64,000 nt of DNA from Eledone cirrhosa (lineage: Eukaryota): the NCBI GenBank assembly GCA_964016885.1, contig OZ024740.1:325190001-325254000 (forward strand), in the 5' to 3' direction. Below, one piece after another: positions 55,165-64,000 of the stretch. How positions within the stretch are numbered: position 1 is the first letter of the stretch; every line of letters starts with the position of its first letter. Both the position numbers and the translations under genes were made by a program. The notes under the pieces were generated by a model. That model was not told where the DNA came from. It searched no databases and saw only the letters and a program-made list of their open reading frames with translations.

Positions 55165-56045
55165 TATTAAGATGGTATTAAGGGCGGTGGATTGGCAGTA
55201 TCGGTAGAGGGTTCGGACGCCATGCTTTGACGCATAGAGTTACGGCCCTTGCCATACTGAGTTCAAATCCCGCCGAGGTTAACTTTGCCTTTCATCCTTA
55301 CGGGGTCGATAAAATAACGCACCAGTAACGTACTGGGGTCGATTTAATCGAGTTTCCCTTGCCCCAAAATTTCTGGGCTTGTGCCTATATAAGAAACCTT
55401 TATTAAGATAGTATTATAGCATAGAGTTACGACCCTTCACGTTCTGTGTTAAAATCCCACTGAAGTTAGCTTTGCCATTTATCCTTACGAGCGCGATAAA
55501 AAAAGTACTAGTAACACAGTGGGGTTGCTTTAATCGACTCTCCCCTCCGCAAAATTCGTTGGCCTTGTGCCTAAAATCAGAAACCATTATTATTGCGCCG
55601 AGGTTAACTTTGCCTTTCATCCTTCCGGTGTCGATAAAATAAAGTACCAGTAATTGCTGGCCTTGTGCCAAAAGTAGAAACAATTATTATTGGCAGTATC
55701 GGTAGAGGGTCGGACGCCATGCTTTGACGCAAAGAGTTACGGCCCTTTCCATTCTGAGTTCAAATCCCGCCGAGGTTAACTTTGCCTTTGATTCTTACGG
55801 GGTCGATAAAATAAAGTACTAGTAATACACTGGGTAATTGCTGACCTTGTGCCAAAAGTAGAAACAATTATTAAGATAGTATTACCATGCTTCGCGGTGT
55901 AGAGTTACGCCTGTTCGTCTTTACCTTTCACCCTTACGGGGTCGATAAAATAAAATACCAGTAACGCACTGGGATCGAGTTAATCAACTTTTCCTTCCCT
56001 TGAAATTGCTGGCCTTGTGCCAAAACTGGAAACAATTATTAAGTA
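55165..56045 (+). mobile_element. Cluster of five head-to-tail or nested SINE family A copies
   Basis: CGATAAAA core at about 55307, 55495, 55632, 55804 and 55943; TTATTAAGAT(G/A)GTATTA recurs at junctions. Confidence 0.88.
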
Positions 56046-57159
56046 TAGTATTTATTAAGTATAGTATTTGTAACATAGCTTGACTGAATGAATGATTTTG
56101 TATAAAATTATTTCCGAAGCTTTTATTTTAAGTAGCAACCTTTTAAATTGGGTAAATTTGTTTCTTAAAACCAGATGTAGATTTCGACGGGCTAATTTCA
56201 AAAGGGATCACGTTGGCTGTTGCTTTAATCGTACTTGGAGGTTTTATCTCTGGTCATGTTACAATCAATATCTTTGAAGATTAACAAAGATAGATGTTTA
56301 CCCGAGGTAGATAATGAATATTATTTATTCACACGAGCAATTGCTGCAGGTGACCGTATCTATTCATGTATATTTGTAAATATAAATATCCACATGGTTG
56401 AACCTTCGTCGGTTTCCACGAAGAGTGCTCCAGCTGATTAGATCAACACAACAACTTGTTCATAAAATTAACGCACTAGTGGTTGAATATTCGATAGACA
56501 TATGCACACTTAACGCATTTCTCGGGGATACAGTGTGTTAGATAGGTGGCCTTTTGTATTACAAGTACAGCATATTTAATTCGCTGACTGGATTGGTACA
56601 ACATTATTTAAAGTATTTTTCTCTAACAAACAATGCGCCACCTTGAATATATATATCTTACTGTTTGAAACAGTATGCTGGTGTGGGACTTGATTCCATT
56701 CAGAACTTTTTGTTCTTCATGGCTTCAAGGAAATATATAGTAAGAATATAGCGCGTAGAGTAAATTAACAACATAACTTATATCTGACTTAGTGTCTAGG
56801 CTAAAGAAATAAAAAATAATGTGGATATGAAGTGTGCATCACTAACTGTTCTCTGTGACAACATTTTTACCATTTTATCCGAGAGGCACAGCTTAGATAT
56901 CCCGTCGAGTCAAGGGTGCAAACATTTTCCCGTTAGGTGGAATGTCTCTTACCACGTGCATCGTTGGCTCTTCTCTGTGGCAAGGCTTTCACCATGTTGT
57001 TTAACACTGTGCAAGGCTTGAGATAAATCCTAGCCTGTGCCGTTTGCCTCCTCACCATTTCTCCACCATCGATATTTTTTTTTCTCTTTTTGTCATAATT
57101 TGGGACATTTAAAAATATTGGTCACATCCAACTGTGAGTGTATGTATGTGTATGCATGC

Positions 57160-57243
<84 letters not shown>

Positions 57244-57818
57244 ATGTGTTTGACGGAATGAGGGAGTGGATGGCGGGTTGAGAGAATGTTCTTATCCTTC
57301 TTATTTTTTTAATCGTGAAGTTTCTTCAAACAGACAGAAAGAGGCTGGCTGAAAATATACATGAAAAACCAAACAAACTAAGAAACAAATATAAGTGAAT
57401 TGAAAAAGAAACACAGTGTACTCCCGTGTATTCGCGGAATTTTCATTAGAATCTAACTAATAATTATTCGTGGAAACCACCGCACATTCACGGAATGGTA
57501 AATATCTTCCGCGATATTTTATGGCTGTTTTCGTGGCAAAATATATTTTTTCACGCTTTTTAACGCTAAATTAATAATAGCAATATACCGTATTTGCCAG
57601 CCTATATTTTACGTTTTAGGCATTTTTATCCACCACTGTTCGCGGGTACTCTTCGCGGGCGACAACTGTAAATAAAACATTAGAATAGAATTTAAAACGT
57701 TGGATTATATAAAAGATGTGAATGGAGGGAAATGTAGAGAGAAGGTACTAAAGAAATTCACCAGAAAACCATAAATAGATTTTTTAACTATTTCCGACAT
57801 TTCCCGTCATGCACATAT

Positions 57819-57868
<50 letters not shown>

Positions 57869-57962
57869 GTATAGTTCAAGCATAGACACGAAAAAACAGA
57901 GATGTAAACACAGACAGACACGCACACATATATATATAATTATATGTATATATATAAATATG

Positions 57963-58280
57963 TATTAAGACAGGGGGGAAGAAAAAATGGCTTCACTTGT
58001 GCTTCAACAAATTTATTTTCTTCACAAAATCCAAAAAGAATTTTTTTTCCGGATTAGAAAAAAATTTTTTATTAAAAAAAATTTATTTTATAAATTAAAC
58101 CGACAACTTAATTTATAAAATAATTTTTTTTAAGAGAAAAATGTTTTCTAATCCGGAAAAAAAATTCTTTTTGGATTTTGTGAAGAAAATAAATTTGTTG
58201 AAAGCACAAGTGAAGCCATTTTTTCTTCCCCCCTGTCTTAATATACCTAACTGTACGAAGGATTACACACATTTTCCAAT
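57963..58280. mobile_element. (TA)n-embedded fold-back element L
   Basis: About 135-bp arms at 57963-58098 and 58108-58243 plus a short unpaired tail; no hammerhead seen. Confidence 0.75.
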
Positions 58281-58298
58281 ATATATATGTATATATAC

Positions 58299-58486
<188 letters not shown>

Positions 58487-58570
58487 GATCATCGTTTTCC
58501 CACTTACATCTCCATTCTCTCTTCCACTCCATCCCTCCTCTTCCTTCTCACCCTTCCACACACACACACA

Positions 58571-58620
<50 letters not shown>

Positions 58621-59114
58621 TCCCCCTCTACCTTCTCCTATCTGCCAGACAACATGCCCACTAAAGAAACGTATCCAGGCATGAAACAGCGTTCTGTCAT
58701 ACGTTTCAATTGGCAACGTTGTCGGATGTCAGTTGTAAATGAGAACTGTAAATACGGGTATCTGCCTGTTCTCGGGTGGTTCTGGGGCTGTTCTGGTCTG
58801 GGTTAGGGCTGGTTCTGTGGGTGTTATGGCAGCTGGGGTACTTGTAAAGTTGGGTCTTCGTTCACGTGAACTGCCCCTTAAACAATGGTGTCAGCATAAT
58901 TAGTTTCCAGCAGGCAACAAGCGAGATGGCGGGTGGGGAGTTAGGTTGGTAGGGTAAGTGGGAATTGATGGGTAGGTTGATGGGGTTGATAGGAAGGAGG
59001 GTAGGTGCATACATAGGTAGAATGGGTGAATGGTTGGAGGAGGGAGGGGGGTACAACGGCCATTTTATTATCTGTTGCATCATCACTACAGCTGCTGCTT
59101 GTAAAACCACAACA

Positions 59115-59163
<49 letters not shown>

Positions 59164-59180
59164 TACTACTACTACTACTG

Positions 59181-59238
<58 letters not shown>

Positions 59239-59292
59239 AAGTGGTAGCCCTAGTAGAGAAGCATTTATAAAACTACATATATATATATATAT

Positions 59293-59468
59293 AACGAAGA
59301 AAGTGTGGTAAGGAACCAGATGGACCATAACGCACCAGAGTACTCAATACTTAGGGTAGTAGAGTGGGTAATAGAAAAAAGTTTAACCCAAACGGCAGAG
59401 CTCAAGCCGTTTCGACGTGTATTTCTGGACTATTTAATCCAGAAATAGCCGTCGGGGTTAAACTTTTT

Positions 59469-59470
<2 letters not shown>
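59293..59470 (-). mobile_element. Short (TA)n-embedded fold-back element with bulged hairpin
   Basis: IR GAAAAAAGTTTAACCC / GGGTTAAACTTTTTCC; hairpin at 59339-59365 (minus). Confidence 0.7.
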
Positions 59471-59520
<50 letters not shown>

Positions 59521-59524
<4 letters not shown>

Positions 59525-59997
59525 GATAAATCTACCAAGAGTTTACGGTAGTGTCCAATCCGTATGAAGAACTCAATGTATTCCGGATATCATGGAAAGA
59601 AGAGATGTAATGAAAAATCACTTTCGGTGAAAGATAAACGGTATACAGAGTCAAGATAAAGTATTAAACAAATAATGAATAAACAATTCCTTATATTAAA
59701 CAAAAAAAGTTCATTATTTAACGATCGTTTCTAGGATATATATGTGTTAGAATTGGTATGCATATTCAACAGATCTATGTACAAAATTATACAAAATTAT
59801 ACAAATTATCAAGATTAAATATACATACCAACACATATATACGCCAATTTGTATAATTTTGTATAATTTTGTACATAGATCTGTTGAATATGCATACCAA
59901 TTCTAACACATATATATCCTAGAAACGATCGTTAAATAATGAACTTTTTTTGTTTAATATAAGGAATTGTTTATTCATTATTTGTTTAATACTTTAT
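59521..59997 (-). mobile_element. (TA)n-embedded fold-back element M
   Basis: Apparently perfect 152-bp arms at 59656-59807 and 59846-59997; core variant CTGTTGA..GAAA-CGATCG-TT; hairpin at 59568-59651 (minus). Confidence 0.85.
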
Positions 59998-60171
59998 ATA
60001 TATATATATATACATATATTTATATATATATTATATATATATAAATGAAAGGTATAGAAAATATTGCAGCAAGAAGCCAACAGTATTCCATAATATATAA
60101 GTGGGGAAAGCATACATACATACATACATACATACATACATACATACATACATACATACATACATACATAC

Positions 60172-60800
60172 ATGGTGGCTGCCAACTCGTTTTCGAGTAC
60201 GGCCACTACTTTATATCCATGTAGGAGTACCCCTACCTACCGATGCGCTGAACGAATGCGACTTTAGTCCAGCCAGCGACTTGAAAACTCTGGTACAAAC
60301 ACTACACCTGTGACAATTATTGACACATAGTGCTAGGCCCATGGTACCATGTGACGACAAGTACAGAGAGATCTCCATATAAAGCAATGCCTGTGATATA
60401 TAAAGCAATGCCTGTGCCGTGAAGCTTTTATAGTGAGCAAAGGCACTGCACAAAGCCAGTCCCACTCTCTTAACGAAGATGATATTTACCAAAAAGAAGA
60501 ACAAGTCAACATCATTGGATACCATCAGGGTTGCAGGTGTTATATCAGAGTTTTCCTTCTCCTAGAATTCTGCCTTGACAAAGTTAAGGGGTCATCTCTC
60601 CCAGTGATTTTGGATGGCCATTGACTCTTAAGACCTCCTTTGCCCTTTGACAGGTTTTGCTTTTAGTCCTGCAGGATGTCCAAAGTCACCCTCCTCACCA
60701 AGAAACCTTGGTGGGGCTGCCAGTTTAGTCGCCAACGACCCGACCAAGAGACAGGTTGTACTGGGATACATGTTACCAGTAGCACCAACTGGTGACCTGA
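60172..60800 (-). mobile_element. Probable RTE-related element between (CATA)n tracts
   Basis: CAGAGTTTTCCTTCTCCTAGA..TGCCTTGACAAAG resembles the reversed RTE 5' region (from memory); (CATA)n on both sides. Confidence 0.45.
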
Positions 60801-61232
60801 CATACATACATACATACATACATACATACATACATACATACATACATACATACACACACAACGCACATATATCATATAATTGTTTCTACTTTTGGTACAA
60901 GGCCAGCAATTACCTGCGCATTACTGGTACTTTATTTCATCGACCTATAATATATATATTCATATATACATCACAATAATTATAAACACATGCATGAATA
61001 TACGTATATATATCTGTCCATATGTGTATATGTTTGTGTGTAGGTGCACCTCTAAATGTGCATCAATGCGTATCTGTGTCTTTGTGCCTGCGAGTATCTT
61101 TCTGTGTGTATCTGTGTCTCTATGTGTCTGTATCAGTATCTAGTGTCAGTATCTAGTGTTATTCTATCTATTAAAGACATTTTTAAAGGAAATTTGTAAA
61201 TCGAAACTTAGGATGCGGGGTATTATTTAACA

Positions 61233-61558
61233 CAGAGGTTCTCAAAGTGGGCGCTAAAGGGAGGGGTGTTCAGGAGGTTCAAGGGGAGGTTCAAGGGGGC
61301 ACTGGGGCCTAAGGGGTGGTAAGGGTTTATGATATAATAGTATATTAAATATCAAATGTACGCATATATATAGTAAAATAAAACATTTATTTATACATAG
61401 TATATACTATATTATTTATTATATATGAATTAATTTTATTTATTTTATATTATTTACAATCTGCATGTAGGCAGGTCTCTCTGGAAATAGGGTTGCGGGT
61501 GTATAAGGTATTACGTGGCTATGAGGGGACAATGGCCCAAAAAGTTTGAGAACCTCTG
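61233..61558. mobile_element. hAT (Charlie-like) MITE
   Basis: Perfect 14-bp TIRs CAGAGGTTCTCAAA / TTTGAGAACCTCTG; degenerate 8-bp TSD ATTTAACA/GTTTAACG. Confidence 0.85.
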
Positions 61559-61701
61559 GTTTAACGCTTATATTACCGAAATTTCATTTTCTCGTTCCTC
61601 CTTCTCCTTTTCTCTTTTTCACTGGCTCTCATTTGCTCTTTTTCTCTCATCTTCCTCTCTCACTTGCTCTTTTACTTTCATCTCTCTCCCTCTCTCTCTC
61701 T

Positions 61702-61772
<71 letters not shown>

Positions 61773-62397
61773 ACTCTCACTCTCTCTCTCTCTATTTCTC
61801 TTTATCTGGCCCATACACTCTTTCTCCCTGTCTCCCTCTCTTTCTCTCTCTAGCTTTCTCTGGTTCTCTCACTCTCTCCCTTTCTCTCTCTTTCTCTCCC
61901 TATCTCTCTCTCTCTCTATCTCATTTTCTTTTCTCTCTCTCTCTGTTTCTCTCCCTCTTTCTCTCTAACATACACCCCCGCCTCTCTCTCATTCTCTTTT
62001 CTCTGACTTAAACGAAGCGTCATAAAACGTATGCTGACAGTTTAAAATGTTGGGGTATCATCTACCAAGAAACGCTAACGCACACATACACACATACACA
62101 TATATGTGTGTGTGTACATATAAATGCATATTCCTATACATATATATATATGTATGTATACATAGACATATATATATATATATATATATAGTGAGAGAGA
62201 GAGAGAGAGAGAGGGGGGGAGAGAGATATCTATGCATGTATACGCATACACATACACACAGATATAGGTTTATAAATGCATATATAAATGTATATGTATA
62301 ATGTATATATATACATACATACACACACATGCACACACATGCACACATACACCCACACACACACATACACACACATACACACACATATATATATATA

Positions 62398-62431
<34 letters not shown>

Positions 62432-62735
62432 GGTCGGGTAAAATTCCCGAGATCCATGGACGAGTTCTCTCCAGCGGTCTCAGTCCTTCATCATTTTCGC
62501 CATGTCGTGCCCCTCCAGGAGACCAATGTCTGTCCTTAGGGTATGAACATATGTCATCTTTGGTCTCCCTCTTCCAGTGTGTTCGTGTAGGGGCTCCCAC
62601 AGGAGCACGGTGTGCAGTGTCAACTGGGAGTGTTGATGAGCATGTCCAGCTAACCTCAGTCGCCTCTATGTCACCTGCGGGCTGACTTTTAGGAGTCTCC
62701 CGTACAGGTTTGAGTTCTTCATCCTCGATGCATGC
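62432..62735 (-). mobile_element. RTE-type LINE 3' fragment within (TA)n
   Basis: Minus strand translates RRLRLAGHAHQH..VLLWEPLHEHTGRGRPKMTYVHTLRTDIG..DRWRELV. Confidence 0.75.
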
Positions 62736-62739
62736 TGAT

Positions 62740-62770
<31 letters not shown>

Positions 62771-62771
<1 letters not shown>

Positions 62772-62928
62772 TGAGCATATGTTAGTTGTTTACCGACACC
62801 TCAGTATGCAGACTGGAGCACTCGACGAAGTACGCAGGTTGGTTTGTTTACTCCGGAGTAATGTAAAATAATTAAATCAAATATGTAAAATTTGGCTTCG
62901 TTTATCAAATTTTACATATTTGACTTAA

Positions 62929-62934
<6 letters not shown>
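62771..62934 (-). mobile_element. Minimal (TA)n-embedded fold-back element N
   Basis: 29-bp arms at 62866-62894 and 62906-62934; bulged hairpin at 62817-62859 (minus). Confidence 0.75.
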
Positions 62935-63022
<88 letters not shown>

Positions 63023-63354
63023 CAGGAGAGTGTGTTTTTAATTACAGGAATTTCGAACCACCAGCGTGAGAAGACTATAAGCTACTAGAGGCATTGGTAA
63101 AACATTAAAATTAAAAGTATAAATTGAAATGAAAAACCATCCTCACCTAAATCACACATGTACACACACACCAGGAGCATGTTTCGCCATTTTAGTGGGT
63201 TCCAATACGGCCCGGTGGGTCACCAGCATGTGGAAGGCCAATATTGTCCCCACTACTAGAGAGAGAACTAAAAGAAATCAGCCTTGGCACGTGTATATAT
63301 ATATATGTATATATAACATGAGGCTGGACCGGTGTAAATCCTTGAAAGGTTTAT

Positions 63355-63414
63355 TATACTATGACCATTTCAATGACGGGGTTCAGTATGAATCCGGTGA
63401 CATCATCAGGTAAT
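63355..63414 (-). ncRNA. Minimal hammerhead-like motif within a (TA)n-flanked element (63315-63848)
   Basis: Minus strand reads TAC-CTGATGA-tgtcaccGGATTCA tac TGAACCccgtcatt-GAAA-tggtca-TA-GTA. Confidence 0.6.
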
Positions 63415-63847
63415 TCAAAATATAACAAAGGAATATAACAGATAAAATCCACGGGGCTGAAAATCAGAGACAAGAGGGTGACCGACAATTTAGCAGCTTC
63501 TACCTCTGTCGGCCGCCCTCGAGTGTTGATTATTAAGTCTACTTATGACCATCTGGTGTGGGGGCGCAACCTTATAATTTGCTACTACCATCCCGTCAGA
63601 TGGGAATGTCAGCGTTGAGGTCATGCGTCAATCAGGCTGGTCAGCGTGCTCGAAATCGCCGATAAAAATATATAATAGAGTATATGGCAAATCTGCCCCA
63701 TAGTTTTACAGGTACAGGCTTTCTGATTAGTGTCCACGCTGACTTGCAGATTCGTATTTACAACATACGGTTATAGTATATTCATTGAGTGAGTGGATTG
63801 CAGCTGAGCTAGACGAATTCTAATCGTCTGGCTTGTTATTATGATTA

Positions 63848-63884
<37 letters not shown>

Positions 63885-63900
63885 ATACATATATATATAC

Positions 63901-64000
<100 letters not shown>

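Noticed and set aside
56820-57070. GC-richer island possibly an exon or piggyBac C-terminal relic
   Set aside because: No convincing motif or splice context; the candidate frames contain stops
57412-57670. Possible Tigger/pogo-like MITE (CAGTGTACTCCCG..CGGGCGACAACTGTA)
   Set aside because: TIRs too degenerate and the TA TSD is missing on the left

Overview
This is repeat-dense, AT-rich animal DNA with no host protein-coding gene I can support. The microsatellite load and SINE families resemble an octopus/cephalopod genome (inference). Almost all short ORFs in the track are microsatellite artefacts. Recognisable content: (1) two head-to-tail Tx1-clade LINEs (about 13.8-17.9 kb, internally deleted; about 17.9-23.7 kb, near full length) plus a third 3' fragment, all tied to (ATCT)n tracts; (2) RTE-clade LINE fragments; (3) many tRNA-derived SINE copies, several with clear target-site duplications (TSDs) starting ATTAT; (4) two hAT-type MITEs; (5) more than a dozen short elements embedded in (TA)n tracts. 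Group 5 is the most interesting. Its elements share one architecture: an inverted (fold-back) copy, a minimal type I hammerhead ribozyme, and a conserved 3' bulged hairpin (ACTC-stem-loop-stem'-TN-GAGT-RCT) that covaries across 11 otherwise dissimilar copies. The inverted arm consistently stops just before this hairpin. A decayed endonuclease C-terminus of a Penelope-like element (PLE) at 43.2-43.5 kb appears contiguous with one such ribozyme/hairpin end. This suggests a (TA)n-targeting PLE system with a candidate undescribed cis-acting RNA motif.
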